Shown: positions 25,841-36,279, counted from the stretch's first letter. The stretch is 64,000 nucleotides of DNA from Thermoplasmatota archaeon (GCA_022848865.1 JAJISE010000003.1:7189-71188); one strand, 5' to 3'. Notes: generated by a model not told the origin, from the sequence alone. Numbers and translations: made by a program.

Positions 25841-27499
25841 GTGGAACCTGTCCTGCTTGTGCTGTGCGTTGTCTTCCTTTCGATAGTGGGCACCGCGCTC
25901 GGTGTGATCACGGGCTTGACGCCTGGTATTCATGTGAATCTCGTCGCGGCCTCCTTCGTGGCTCTGCACGCTCAGCTGACCGCACTCGTCTCCTTTCTCG
26001 TTGGCTGGGCCGGTCCAACCAGTTCAGACATCCTCATCCTCATATGTTGCATCATCATCGCCAACGCAGTCTCGCACACCTTCCTCGACTACATACCATC
26101 TGTGTTCCTTGGCGCGCCTGACGCGGACACCGCGCTCTCCGTGCTGCCGGGCCATAGAATGTTGCTGAAGGGCAGAGGATACGAGGCCGTCCTCCTCTCC
26201 GCATTCGGGAGCCTGGTTGCATTGTTCTTCTTCCTGTGCCTGTTGTTCCCCGCCAGATTCCTGATGGGGAGTCCACTTCACGTCTACGAGAAGCTCTCGT
26301 GGTCGATACCGTTCATACTCGTGACGGTCGTCACCATGCTCATTGTGAGTGAGCGGACGAGAATGGAAAGATGCAGGCCTGTGCTCCGCTGCACTTCCGG
26401 TGGCATCTTGGACAACGAGCGGGAGTTCCAGCGGATGCAGAATCTCGTGGGAGGCGAGACAGAGTCCCCTCTCTCGGATCAGTTGTGGAAGGCGGTAGTT
26501 GCCAAGGGAACGATTCTGAGGCGGAAGTCTCAATCCGTCCTGCTTTCGACTGAGAATGGATCGGTGAGAGTGGAGCTCGAGCTCCCCTGCAGACTCGCGG
26601 AGGGTGACAAGGCATACATTGCGGCGGTAGTCGAACCATCTCCTTCGTATCGACAGGCCCTTGTGACCAAGATCTGGGCACTCGGTGTGTTTCTGGCTTC
26701 CGGGTTGTTGGGATATGTCGTTCTCTCGAGCGGTCTCTTTGGAATCAACTGGTTCCCTTTCCCCTCCCTCGTTATTGACAAGAGCTCGGTCGGCCTCTTC
26801 CCCCTCTTCACAGGGCTGTTCGGTTTTTCCACACTGATTCTGAGCCTTGCGAGGAACACTGGAGTCCCCGAGCAATGCGTGGAAATCAATGAAGGAGAAC
26901 TCTTCCGAGGTCATTTCTCCTCAGGTCTCAAGGGTGCACTAGCGGGATGCTTTGCGGGTTGGTTTCCCGGAATCAGCAACGCAACCGCGACAGTGATCGC
27001 AAAGATGCTGGACGATAGGGAGAAGAAAGGCGACTCGGAGAAGGATTTCATCGTCGCGGTATCGGCGGTGAACACATCCAGTTGCTTCTTCACACTTCTG
27101 GCGCTCTTTGTGCTGCTCAGGGCCAGGAGCGGTGTCATGAATGCAATGATAGGCGCGTTGGGTGACGCTCTCGTGCCGTGGACCGAGATCGAGCTAGTTC
27201 CTCTAGCAATGACAACTCTTCTCCTCTCTGGAGTCATCGCAGCGTGTATCGGCTTCATCCTCACGAAGAAGATTGGGCGGAGGTTCGCTCTTGCCTGCTC
27301 AAACTTAGATTATAGGAAGCTGGTCTACTCGATCATTCTCCTTCTCATCGCAATGGTCTTCCTATTGAGCGGGTTGCTCGGACTGGTAATCGCTCTCCTT
27401 GCAACGTGTCTTGGCATGATTCCGCCTCTGGTCGGGGTCAAAAGGGTCCACTTGATGGGTTGTCTGATCCTCCCCCTCATAATCCTGTTCGTGGGGTGA
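25841..27499 (+). CDS. TctA-family (tripartite tricarboxylate transporter-like) membrane protein
   Basis: GLTPGIHVN, HTFLDYIPSVFLGAPD and SVLPGH motifs. Contains a soluble insertion mid-protein. Confidence 0.85.
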   Translation: MEPVLLVLCVVFLSIVGTALGVITGLTPGIHVNLVAASFVALHAQLTALVSFLVGWAGPTSSDILILICCIIIANAVSHTFLDYIPSVFLGAPDADTALSVLPGHRMLLKGRGYEAVLLSAFGSLVALFFFLCLLFPARFLMGSPLHVYEKLSWSIPFILVTVVTMLIVSERTRMERCRPVLRCTSGGILDNEREFQRMQNLVGGETESPLSDQLWKAVVAKGTILRRKSQSVLLSTENGSVRVELELPCRLAEGDKAYIAAVVEPSPSYRQALVTKIWALGVFLASGLLGYVVLSSGLFGINWFPFPSLVIDKSSVGLFPLFTGLFGFSTLILSLARNTGVPEQCVEINEGELFRGHFSSGLKGALAGCFAGWFPGISNATATVIAKMLDDREKKGDSEKDFIVAVSAVNTSSCFFTLLALFVLLRARSGVMNAMIGALGDALVPWTEIELVPLAMTTLLLSGVIAACIGFILTKKIGRRFALACSNLDYRKLVYSIILLLIAMVFLLSGLLGLVIALLATCLGMIPPLVGVKRVHLMGCLILPLIILFVG

Positions 27500-27503
27500 C
27501 CAC

Positions 27504-27956
27504 GTGCCCGCTCTCCTCATTCATGTTCTGTTGGCGGCCGCGGTTCAAGGTCTGGTCAGCTTCACACTGGTCGGTGAGGGGATTAGCGAGTTCACTTTCT
27601 ACGCCGCTATCGTGTCCATTCTTGTCGACTTGGACCATCGCTCTGATGAAAAGAGGTCTTCGGCGGTTCATTCGTTGTTCACTATGTCACTGCTTTCCGC
27701 CATTTGTGTCGCGACCGCTGTCGTGGCGGGTGATGTGTGGACAGGCTTCCTCCTCATCTCCCTGTTCGTGGGCTTCGCAAGCCACATCTCCCTGGACATG
27801 ACCGATGGTGAGGGAATCTACATCATGCCTCGGAACAGAGGAATGATCCCACCGTTCTGCAGAGCCAGAAGGCCAGGGAAATCGAGAAGGAGGAGACTTC
27901 ACCTGATACTCGCGGGTCTATCCGTCTCCGTGCTTCTAGTCCTCGTCTGTATCTGA
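27504..27956 (+). CDS. Membrane-bound metal-dependent hydrolase (YdjM-like)
   Basis: LVDLDH, HSL and SHISLD metal-ligand motifs within hydrophobic helices. Confidence 0.75.
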   Translation: MPALLIHVLLAAAVQGLVSFTLVGEGISEFTFYAAIVSILVDLDHRSDEKRSSAVHSLFTMSLLSAICVATAVVAGDVWTGFLLISLFVGFASHISLDMTDGEGIYIMPRNRGMIPPFCRARRPGKSRRRRLHLILAGLSVSVLLVLVCI

Positions 27957-28472
27957 GGTCTTGCCGGCTGTTCTTCGGATTCTTTCAAGTCCGCCCATCT
28001 CGACGAGGACGTCTCGGACAGCGGGAGGAACCAGTGCCTCCCAGTCTCCGTCCTCCAGCATGCGCCTTCTGACTTCGGTCCCTGAGAGCGCGTCCCTCTC
28101 CACCAGAGGCATAGCCCTCGCGTCAAAGCCCCTTTCCTGGAGGAGTCTGATTGTCAATGGGTCATTCGAGTAGACAACCTGCAGGTCAGGGACGAGGTCC
28201 GCAACTCGGTCGACCCACAGTTTGTCGTTGTGCAAGTCCTCGATTGCCACGATCTCATAATTCTCGAACCCCTCCTTCTCCATCGTTGACCTTATCATCA
28301 CGGCCCTCTCCTCAAACGAGAAGGGGTTCTTCTTAGTATCCTTGTACTGGGAACTCCCTATTCCGAACCTGATGCCGCTGTGTTCTTCTCGTATCAGTTT
28401 CACCATGGCCAGGTGTCCTCTGTGAAAGGGTTGAAATCTGCCAATGAAGAGTGGCCATGCGTCAGTCCTCAT
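27936..28472 (-). CDS. nadM: Nicotinamide-nucleotide adenylyltransferase
   Basis: FIGRFQPFHRGH, GIGSSQ, NPFSFEER and SGTEVR motifs. Confidence 0.93.
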   Translation of the reverse strand: MRTDAWPLFIGRFQPFHRGHLAMVKLIREEHSGIRFGIGSSQYKDTKKNPFSFEERAVMIRSTMEKEGFENYEIVAIEDLHNDKLWVDRVADLVPDLQVVYSNDPLTIRLLQERGFDARAMPLVERDALSGTEVRRRMLEDGDWEALVPPAVRDVLVEMGGLERIRRTAGKTSDTDED

Positions 28473-28614
28473 CGAAACTCTCCTCAAAGAACTCATCTAT
28501 GTGGGGGCAGTAGACAGTCAGGTACTTCGAGCAATGCTCGCAAGATCCGTCGTCGAGCTCGCTGTCCAATTCCTTATGAAATGCGTATTCGTCGCAGCTT
28601 TCCGTCCGGCTCAA
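28462..28614 (-). CDS. Small acidic Cys/His-containing protein (50 aa, absent from the ORF track)
   Basis: Manual translation from TTG: MSRTESCDEYAFHKELDSELDDGSCEHCSKYLTVYCPHIDEFFEESFDED. GAAGGGG RBS; the stop overlaps the nadM start. Confidence 0.65.
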   Translation of the reverse strand: MSRTESCDEYAFHKELDSELDDGSCEHCSKYLTVYCPHIDEFFEESFDED

Positions 28615-28626
28615 ATGAACCCCTTC

Positions 28627-30612
28627 CTATTGGGGAATGGCTCTATCGGCTGGTGTCGTCGGTTTCGAGACCAACGCGGCCAGTTTCTCCAGAAGACCCT
28701 CCTTCCTCTTTCCGACGAGCGCGTGCACTAGAACATCCTTGAGAGTCTCGACTGGAATCACTTCGATCTCCCCTATGTACTTGTCCTCCAGCAGGACATC
28801 CTTCATATTGGACTTGGGAATTATCACCTTCTTGAGACCCATCTCTGCAGCCGCCTCTATCTTGGCCGTCACGGCACCAACCGGAAGGACCTGCCCTCTG
28901 ACGCTCAGCGACCCCGTCATTCCGACGCTCTGGTCGACCTCTACATCCTCAAGTGCGGATATCACAGCCGTGGCAACCGATATGGAAGCGGAATCCCCTT
29001 CTGTTCCTTCGCTGCTTCCGACGAACTGAACGTGAATATCGTGATTGCTTATGTCCTGGCCCGTGAACTTCTTGATTAGGGCGGACACGTTCTGCACGGA
29101 TTCTCTGGCTATCTCTCCCAGCTTCCCCGTTGCGATTATCTTCCCGCCATCCTTCGTCTGGGCTGGAGTCACCTCAGCCACAATCGGAAGAAGGATGCCG
29201 GAGAATTCCACCATGCCGCTTGCACCGTGCAGGACCGCCAGACCGTTGACAACTCCGACAGCCTCTCCCTCAACCATGGATGTGGCGTACATCTTCCTGT
29301 CTTCTATTATCCTGTCTGCGATCTGCTGCTCGAGCGACCTGGCAATCTTCTTTCCCCTGTAAACGTGATCAGCTGTGACGAGCGGAGCCTTATCCTCTGT
29401 GGCGATGTCCCCAGCGACTCGGATGAGGCCGCCCAGCTCTCTCAAGCGCAAGGTCAGCCTTCCCTTCCTCCCGCTCCGCCTTCTCGCCTCTCGGAGGATC
29501 TCGGTGACCGCGCCCTTATCGAAGTGAGGGATCTTCTTGTCCTTGGCCACTTCCTGGGCTACGAATCTGATGAGCTTCACTCTGTTGCTGTGCGTGTCAC
29601 TCATGATGTTCTTCATGTAGACCTCGTAGCCGTAGCCTCTTATTCTGGACCTCAGGGCGGGATGCATGCCGGAGACCGCATCCAGATTCCCAGCCGCCAC
29701 GAGTATGAAATCGCAGGGAACGGCTTCTGTCTTCACCATGGCTCCGGAGCTTCTCTCGCTCTGACCGACTATGCTGAACTTCTTCTCCTGCAAGGCGGTA
29801 AGCAGGCTCTGCTGGCTTTCCAACCTCAGCATGTTGATCTCATCGAGGAAGAGAACGCCCTTGTGGGCGCGGTGGATTGCACCCGCGTCCACTCTGTCGT
29901 GAGACGGTGTCTCTAGACCGCCCGACTGGAAGGGATCGTGCTTCACATCTCCAAGGAGAGCGCCGGCATGAGATCCTGTGGCATCGATGAAAGGCGGAAG
30001 ATCATCAGGATCGTGGGACACCAGCAGTTTGGGTATCATCATGGCCTCCTGCTTGCGTCCAGTATATCTTGAGAACATGAAAACTATGACTGCTATCAGA
30101 ATGCCGATCATCAGTGGCGTGGGGTCGAAAGAAATCGCTCCGCTGGCGCTGTCGTACCTTATGGAGAGCATTACGGCCAGCCCCACGATTATGAACATGA
30201 TGGTCATCATTAGAGAGGCTTTTTGCTCCCTTCTCTGCATGGCCTCTGCTTTCTGGGCACCCACTATTTCCTTTCCCTTGCCAGCGGGCACTACCCTTAT
30301 CCTAGGCTCATTTGGGTCGTCAGGGTTGTGATAGACGAGAATGTCCTGGAGCTCTTCCTTGGAGAGCAGCTCCACCATGGAGTTGGCGAGCATCGACTTT
30401 CCAGTCCCTGGATCGCCTATGAGCATCACATGCCTTTTCTGCTCTGCGGCCTTCTTGATGACCACAACGGACTCGTCCTGACCTATCACCTGTTCCACGA
30501 GGCTTGAAGGTATCTCTATTTCCGCAGTGGACTCGATGTCCTGACCCACCATCCACTCATCTATCGGAGGCAAGTCCTCATCATCTGAATAGTTCGCGGG
30601 CTCCCCACTCAT
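28627..30612 (-). CDS. lonB: Archaeal membrane-anchored ATP-dependent protease LonB
   Basis: Walker A GDPGTGKS, two-TM insertion, LFLDEI, catalytic EGDSAS (Ser) and VTAKIEAA (Lys). Confidence 0.96.
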   Translation of the reverse strand: MSGEPANYSDDEDLPPIDEWMVGQDIESTAEIEIPSSLVEQVIGQDESVVVIKKAAEQKRHVMLIGDPGTGKSMLANSMVELLSKEELQDILVYHNPDDPNEPRIRVVPAGKGKEIVGAQKAEAMQRREQKASLMMTIMFIIVGLAVMLSIRYDSASGAISFDPTPLMIGILIAVIVFMFSRYTGRKQEAMMIPKLLVSHDPDDLPPFIDATGSHAGALLGDVKHDPFQSGGLETPSHDRVDAGAIHRAHKGVLFLDEINMLRLESQQSLLTALQEKKFSIVGQSERSSGAMVKTEAVPCDFILVAAGNLDAVSGMHPALRSRIRGYGYEVYMKNIMSDTHSNRVKLIRFVAQEVAKDKKIPHFDKGAVTEILREARRRSGRKGRLTLRLRELGGLIRVAGDIATEDKAPLVTADHVYRGKKIARSLEQQIADRIIEDRKMYATSMVEGEAVGVVNGLAVLHGASGMVEFSGILLPIVAEVTPAQTKDGGKIIATGKLGEIARESVQNVSALIKKFTGQDISNHDIHVQFVGSSEGTEGDSASISVATAVISALEDVEVDQSVGMTGSLSVRGQVLPVGAVTAKIEAAAEMGLKKVIIPKSNMKDVLLEDKYIGEIEVIPVETLKDVLVHALVGKRKEGLLEKLAALVSKPTTPADRAIPQ

Positions 30613-30752
30613 CGATTCACCAATCTGGATGCACCCATACCTAGGCAGTTCTGATATAAATTCTGCACCCTCTTAAATGTTTGTATATGAACGGCGGACT
30701 CTGGCAAGACGATTCCTCGAACCACAGAACGAAGAAGAGAGACTCTGGAGGA

Positions 30753-31337
30753 CTATCTCTCAATGTTCTTCACAATGAGTCTCGCAATCTCCTCGAAAAC
30801 TTGCTCCACCCCGTCTCCCGTCCTTGCACTGGTCATGAGGTAAGATGAACCTATTTCCTCGCTCAGCTCCCTCACATCATCCTCTCCGAACTGCGCCTCA
30901 TCCTTCAAGTCGATTTTGTTGGCAACGAACCTTACGGGGACTTCGCCGGTGACCTTGGTGACCGAGTCGATCCAGTTCTTCAGTTCCAAGAGCGTGTCCT
31001 TTCGGGTGACATCGCAGACTGCCAGTATACCCTGGGCTCCATGGAAGTAAGCTTCCTTGAGGAGTTCTCGGAACCCCTTCTCTCCCATGATATCCCAGAT
31101 CATCAGGTTGACCTTAATGTCGTTGCCGCCATCGAGCTTCGGGAGCAGCAAGCCTTTCTTCGTTACCTTGGCTCCCAGCGTAGCTATGTAGAGATCCTCG
31201 AACATGTCAAGGACATACCTCCGAATCAGGCTGGTCTTGCCCACTGCCGCCTCTCCGACAAGGCAGATCTTTGTCTTCATTATCTCGACGTCGTTCGATT
31301 CCGGAGACATTATGGGAAACACATCTGAAGACGCCAT
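30753..31337 (-). CDS. Rab-like small GTPase, paralog 1 (start may be ATG 31310)
   Basis: GEAAVGKTS, YIATLG, WDIMGE, NKID, SAR. Confidence 0.92.
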   Translation of the reverse strand: MASSDVFPIMSPESNDVEIMKTKICLVGEAAVGKTSLIRRYVLDMFEDLYIATLGAKVTKKGLLLPKLDGGNDIKVNLMIWDIMGEKGFRELLKEAYFHGAQGILAVCDVTRKDTLLELKNWIDSVTKVTGEVPVRFVANKIDLKDEAQFGEDDVRELSEEIGSSYLMTSARTGDGVEQVFEEIARLIVKNIER

Positions 31338-31378
31338 TAAGAACCCTACCCCGCAATTATCGAGATTGAGAATGAATC

Positions 31379-31930
31379 CTACGCAAGGACATCCTTTCCC
31401 GCGATTTTATCTGCAATTCTCATGAACGCGGTCTCCACGTTCCTTCCTGTTTTCGCACTTGTCAGAAGGTAAGATGAGTCGTAGGATTCCCCCATCATCT
31501 TCATGTCATCTTCCTCTACGGTCTTGGACTCCGCGAGATCTATCTTGTTTCCCAAGAAGACCACAGGAACGGATCCTGCCACTTTTTCTACAGCGCTAAT
31601 CCACGTGGGGAGTTCGTAGTAGCTGTCCTCCCTGGTCATGTCGCAAACAGCCAACATCCCCTGGGCACCGTAGAAGTACGCCTCTTTGAGCAGCTCCCGG
31701 AACCCCTTCTCTCCCATGATGTCCCAGATCGTTAGGTCGACATCAAGATTCGTTCTCCGCTCAGGATACTGGAGCAGAAGGGCCTTCTTTGTGATTTTCG
31801 CACCAATCGTCTGTATGTACCTGTCACTGAAAGTGTTGTAGACGTATCTCTGTATCAGACTCGTCTTACCAACGGCGTACTCTCCAATGAGACAAACCTT
31901 CATCTTGATGTTTCTTACGTCACTCATCAT
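31379..31930 (-). CDS. Rab-like small GTPase, paralog 2
   Basis: GEYAVGKTS, YIQTIG, WDIMGE, NKID, SAK. GGAGG RBS before ATG 31930. Confidence 0.92.
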   Translation of the reverse strand: MMSDVRNIKMKVCLIGEYAVGKTSLIQRYVYNTFSDRYIQTIGAKITKKALLLQYPERRTNLDVDLTIWDIMGEKGFRELLKEAYFYGAQGMLAVCDMTREDSYYELPTWISAVEKVAGSVPVVFLGNKIDLAESKTVEEDDMKMMGESYDSSYLLTSAKTGRNVETAFMRIADKIAGKDVLA

Positions 31931-32020
31931 GATGCCTCCATCGCCCCTATGAATAATCCGCACGATAAATAGCACTTTTCGTACGGCTATCAGCACTGAT
32001 TATCAATCCGTATTCTCAGA

Positions 32021-32569
32021 CTAGGCGACCCTTCTCTTCGTGATTGCGTCGGCGATTGCGAAGAAGGCTTTGTCCACATTCTCGCCCGTCTTAGCGCTCG
32101 TGAAAATGTAGGGAGATTTATGCTTGGCGCTCATTTCTCGCAGTTCACCCTCAGTGAAAGTTAGCTGGTCCTTCAGATCTGCCTTGTTGGCCAGGAACTG
32201 GATGGGTAGCTTCCCGGTGACAGTCTCGATTGCGCTTATCCAACTCTCCAGGTCGGGGAGGGTGTTCTTCCTTGTTACATCGCAGACAGCGAGGACCCCC
32301 TGTGCACCGTGGAAATACGCCTCTTTGAGCAGCTCGCGGAAGCCCTTCTCTCCCATGATGTCCCAAATCGTCATGTCGATTCGGATCTCGCTGCCATTGT
32401 CTGGGGATTCAACCATCAGCTCCTTCTTCGTTATCTTCGCTCCCAGAGTGGATATGTACCTGTCATCAAACTCGTCGAGCACATATTTCCTGATGAGGCT
32501 GGTCTTGCCGACCGCACCCTCACCAACCAAGCATATCTTCACTTTCATGGTGTCGCTGCTTCCGAACAT
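32021..32569 (-). CDS. Rab-like small GTPase, paralog 3
   Basis: GEGAVGKTS, YISTLG, WDIMGE, NKAD, SAK. GGTGA RBS. Confidence 0.92.
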   Translation of the reverse strand: MFGSSDTMKVKICLVGEGAVGKTSLIRKYVLDEFDDRYISTLGAKITKKELMVESPDNGSEIRIDMTIWDIMGEKGFRELLKEAYFHGAQGVLAVCDVTRKNTLPDLESWISAIETVTGKLPIQFLANKADLKDQLTFTEGELREMSAKHKSPYIFTSAKTGENVDKAFFAIADAITKRRVA

Positions 32570-32651
32570 CTGTCACCATCCCCTATGGATGTAGTTGGAA
32601 GAAGACGGAAGTTCTCAGATATAGGTTTCTGCGAGATTATCAGCGTTGATA

Positions 32652-33203
32652 CTAGTCCTCGAGCTCTCCCATTTTCTGGCGAGCGATCTTCTCCGCCAGC
32701 TCCTTGAACGCCAACTCCACGTTCTCTCCAGTCTTGGCGCTCGTGTAGTAGAATCTCGAGTCGTACGCTCGGCTCGCTTGCTCCAGATCATTCTCGGCGA
32801 GCGCTCTGTCATCCTTCAGGTCAATCTTGTTCGCGAGGAACTCTATGGGAACCTTCCCGGTCACGCTGTAGACCCCCTCAATCCAATCGTCCAGCTCGGA
32901 AAGCGTGTCCTTGCGTGTCATATCGCAGACCGCGATTACGCCTTTGGCTCCGTAGAAATAGGCCTCCTTCAGAAGCTCTCGGAATCCCTTCTGACCCATT
33001 ATGTCCCATATGGTCATGTCGATTTGAAGCTCCACATCCTTTTCCTTGACATCCACAGCGATTTCCTTCTTGGATACCTTGGTTCCCAGGGTCTGGAGAT
33101 ACTTGTCGTCGAACTCATCGAGAACGAACCTTCGAATCAGACTGGTCTTTCCCACTGCACCTTCGCCGACCATGCATATCTTCATCTTCATCTTCTTTTT
33201 CAA
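32652..33203 (-). CDS. Rab-like small GTPase, paralog 4
   Basis: GEGAVGKTS, YLQTLG, WDIMGQ, NKID, SAK. Confidence 0.92.
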   Translation of the reverse strand: MKKKMKMKICMVGEGAVGKTSLIRRFVLDEFDDKYLQTLGTKVSKKEIAVDVKEKDVELQIDMTIWDIMGQKGFRELLKEAYFYGAKGVIAVCDMTRKDTLSELDDWIEGVYSVTGKVPIEFLANKIDLKDDRALAENDLEQASRAYDSRFYYTSAKTGENVELAFKELAEKIARQKMGELED

Positions 33204-33339
33204 AGGGATTCCCCCAACGCTTATTCCTCAGGTTCTTTCCGAACACTTGAACTCATATAAGGATTTGTGTTTTGTTATCAATGCTGATATTTCCCATCAC
33301 GTCGAAAGCTTATTGTTAGCCTGCGATATCTAGGACACG

Positions 33340-34254
33340 ATGATGCAGAAGGATTACCTTTCGGTGCTCGATGCGAGAGATGAATTTGCGGAACTGGTCC
33401 AGTCGGCGCTTGACCTGAAGAAGCGAGATGGATCGGGTGAGAATGACGAGCCTCTTAAGGGCAGGACACTGGCAATGATATTCGAGAAAAGCAGCACCAG
33501 GACGCGCGTCTCTTTTGAGGTCGCGATGAACCAGCTTGGCGGGAGGTCGCTGTTCCTCAATCCGCAGGACACCCAGCTCGGAAGGGGCGAGACGATCTCG
33601 GACACGGCGAGAACACTGAGCAGGTACGTTGACTGCATCGCCTACAGGGCCTTCGACCACGAGATGGTGCTTGATCTAGCGAGGAATTCCTCCATCCCGG
33701 TGATCAACGCACTCGATGATCTCGAACACCCTTGTCAGGCCCTAGCGGATGTCGTGACGATTGCCGAGAGGAGGACGCCCAGGGGATTGAAGCTGGCCTA
33801 CGTCGGTGACGGGAACAACGTCTGCAACTCCCTTCTGCTCGCATGTTCAATCACCGGCATCGACATCTCGGCTGCCTGTCCTGAGGGGCACGAGCCGGAT
33901 CAGGGCATCGTCGAAGACGCTCGGAGGCTGGCCTCGCGAGCGGGGTCCAGGTGCGACGTCTTGAGGGACCCGAGAGAAGCCGTCCACGAGGCCAACGTGA
34001 TCTATACGGATGTATGGGTCTCCATGGGAGACACAGATGGCGAGAAGAGGCTCGAAGCCTTCAGTGAATACCAAGTGAACTCGGATCTTGTCGCGCTGGC
34101 CTCCCCCGACTGCCTAATAATGCACTGCCTTCCCGCGCACCGGGGACAGGAAATCACCGGTGAAGTGATTGACGGCCCCCAGTCAATCGTGTTCGACCAG
34201 GCTGAGAACCGCCTCCACGCGCAGAAGGCCTTGCTCCTCGCTTTGCTCAGATGA
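33340..34254 (+). CDS. argF: Ornithine carbamoyltransferase
   Basis: FEKSSTRTR, HPCQ, YTDVWVSMG and HCLPA motifs. Confidence 0.96.
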   Translation: MMQKDYLSVLDARDEFAELVQSALDLKKRDGSGENDEPLKGRTLAMIFEKSSTRTRVSFEVAMNQLGGRSLFLNPQDTQLGRGETISDTARTLSRYVDCIAYRAFDHEMVLDLARNSSIPVINALDDLEHPCQALADVVTIAERRTPRGLKLAYVGDGNNVCNSLLLACSITGIDISAACPEGHEPDQGIVEDARRLASRAGSRCDVLRDPREAVHEANVIYTDVWVSMGDTDGEKRLEAFSEYQVNSDLVALASPDCLIMHCLPAHRGQEITGEVIDGPQSIVFDQAENRLHAQKALLLALLR

Positions 34255-34256
34255 GA

Positions 34257-35828
34257 TCATTCCGAGCCAAAGAACCCTCTCAGAACCGGGTGCATCTCCA
34301 TCATCTGTTCTCTGCCCATCGCCTCGTAGAACTGGATCAATATGCCCACAGCTAGCAGAACCCCCGTTCCGCTGGCATTTCCGACAGTCCCTAACAAGTC
34401 TGCACCCGCGGCCAAGGAGCCGACAGCCGCTCCGCTAATGACCGTCACCACGGGGATATACCTTTCCAGCACTCTCCTGAGAACTCGCGGGTCCCGCCTG
34501 AACCCTGGAATCTGCATCCCGCTACCCTCAATCTGCTTGGCAACCGCTTCCGGTCCCATGTTTGTAGTCTCGATCCAGAACTTGGCAAAGATTATCGAGC
34601 CTACGACCATCACCCCCACGTAGATTAGAAGGTGAGCCACCACCTGCACATACGAGTGGCCTCTCAGGAGGTGTTCATAACTGTCTGGACCTAAAAGCGG
34701 AAGGAGCCAATCACCCACACCCATCACGGTCGAGAGGTAGTAGGCCACTCCCGTCATGGGCGTCGTACGCGAGATACCTAAAGCCTCCGCGTCCGCTGCC
34801 GACGTTGGGTATGAACCAATCATCCAGTTCTGTCCAACAATGGGCCAGTCCGGGTTGTTCCAGAAGAGGAGGGAGAACATGCTCACGTTTGCCAGCACGG
34901 CCGCCATCAGTATGACCGGTATGTTGGATGCATAGATGAGACGTATCGGATACCTCCCCCTGGCACCTCGGGCAGCGCCGTGCGCCAAGGGAAGCTCGAT
35001 TCTCATGGACTCCGCATAGGCCACGATGAGGAAGATAACCATGGTTCCCACCAAGGCAATCACAGGATTCGGATCCTGGAGGAGAATCTGCTCAAGACCT
35101 CCCTGGGAAACACCAGAAACGCTCATGTTGTTGAGGTACCACATCGTCTTCGGTATGGTCCCCGGGGGCACCCCCCCAGCCTCAGCGGGTATCCAGTTGA
35201 ACGTGCCGACGAAGATCTGCTGAGAGACTCCGCCAGCAATGAACAGGCTGACGCCGCTTCCTATGCCCCATTTCGAGACGACCTCGTCCATCAGGAAGAC
35301 CAGATAGCTACCGATGACCAGCTGGCCCACTATCAGAGAGTTCGCCATCATCTCTCCCTGTCCTGGGGCGAACCCCTCCATTCTCGAAACGAAGTCCCCC
35401 GAGGGATGAAGGAAGCCGAAGACCTGTGGTATGGCTTCCACGACTATCATGATGATGACGAGGAGCTTCTGTGTGCCCTGGTACACGGACTTGTCTTCGT
35501 CGTTGGTCAGGTCAAGCTTGATGATCTTCGATCCCGCGAAGAGCTGCATGATGATGGACCCGGTCACGATTGGACCTATGCCCAGATGCATCAGCGAGCC
35601 CTGTGCCCCAGCCAGGATAGCTCGGAGACTCGCGAATACATCTATGGTTTCTGCCGGGTCAAGACCGTATATGAATACGTTGGTCAGAGCGAAGTACAGG
35701 ACGAGGATGAGAACGACCCAGAGCATTTTGGTCCTGAAGTGGACATGCCCAACGGGCTTCGCAACCGCGGGGAGCCTGTCCGTGATGGGTTTCAGGGCGT
35801 ATAACCTGCTCTTTCCCTCTTCGACCAT
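34257..35828 (-). CDS. secY: Preprotein translocase subunit SecY
   Basis: LGIGPIVT, WGIGSGVSLFI, YASNIPVIL and GTGVLL motifs; last gene of the spc-type cluster. Confidence 0.98.
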   Translation of the reverse strand: MVEEGKSRLYALKPITDRLPAVAKPVGHVHFRTKMLWVVLILVLYFALTNVFIYGLDPAETIDVFASLRAILAGAQGSLMHLGIGPIVTGSIIMQLFAGSKIIKLDLTNDEDKSVYQGTQKLLVIIMIVVEAIPQVFGFLHPSGDFVSRMEGFAPGQGEMMANSLIVGQLVIGSYLVFLMDEVVSKWGIGSGVSLFIAGGVSQQIFVGTFNWIPAEAGGVPPGTIPKTMWYLNNMSVSGVSQGGLEQILLQDPNPVIALVGTMVIFLIVAYAESMRIELPLAHGAARGARGRYPIRLIYASNIPVILMAAVLANVSMFSLLFWNNPDWPIVGQNWMIGSYPTSAADAEALGISRTTPMTGVAYYLSTVMGVGDWLLPLLGPDSYEHLLRGHSYVQVVAHLLIYVGVMVVGSIIFAKFWIETTNMGPEAVAKQIEGSGMQIPGFRRDPRVLRRVLERYIPVVTVISGAAVGSLAAGADLLGTVGNASGTGVLLAVGILIQFYEAMGREQMMEMHPVLRGFFGSE

Positions 35829-36277
35829 CAGTCGTTCCTCTCCGATTCCTCCGTTCCTGACGTGACTACTTCTCCTCCTGCCTTCTGGACTTTCTGGGTG
35901 GCGGATTCGGATGCTTCGCTAACGATTATCTTCATCTTTGTCCTGACCTGCCCTCGCCCAAGCAGCTTGTCTATCCCCATCTTCCCCAGGTCCACAGTGA
36001 CGATGTTCTTGGACTTCTCTGCGAACCCCTCTACTGTGATCTCATCGAGCCTCTCCTCAACCTCTGCGAGATTGATTGTGTTCTTCTTCACCACAAGACT
36101 ATGATGTCTCTTGAAGCCGTGGTCACCGAAATAGGGGTCTTTCATCTTGACTGCAGTCATGTACTTGTGCTTGTGAAGACCGGCGTTACCTCTGCCTCCT
36201 CGCTTGCCAGCGCCTCTGCCTGCCTTCTTGCCTCTTCCGTGAGTCCTCTTCGCTCTGAATTTCGATGTCCTTCCCAT
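35828..36277 (-). CDS. rpl15: 50S ribosomal protein L15 (uL15)
   Basis: RTHGRG, GGRGNAG, KLLGRG; operon position. Confidence 0.96.
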   Translation of the reverse strand: MGRTSKFRAKRTHGRGKKAGRGAGKRGGRGNAGLHKHKYMTAVKMKDPYFGDHGFKRHHSLVVKKNTINLAEVEERLDEITVEGFAEKSKNIVTVDLGKMGIDKLLGRGQVRTKMKIIVSEASESATQKVQKAGGEVVTSGTEESERND

Positions 36278-36279
36278 TC

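Noticed and set aside
28627-30612. Intein in LonB
   Set aside because: The length (661 aa) is normal and no C/S...HN intein termini or LAGLIDADG motifs were seen. The insertion is the usual two-TM anchor.
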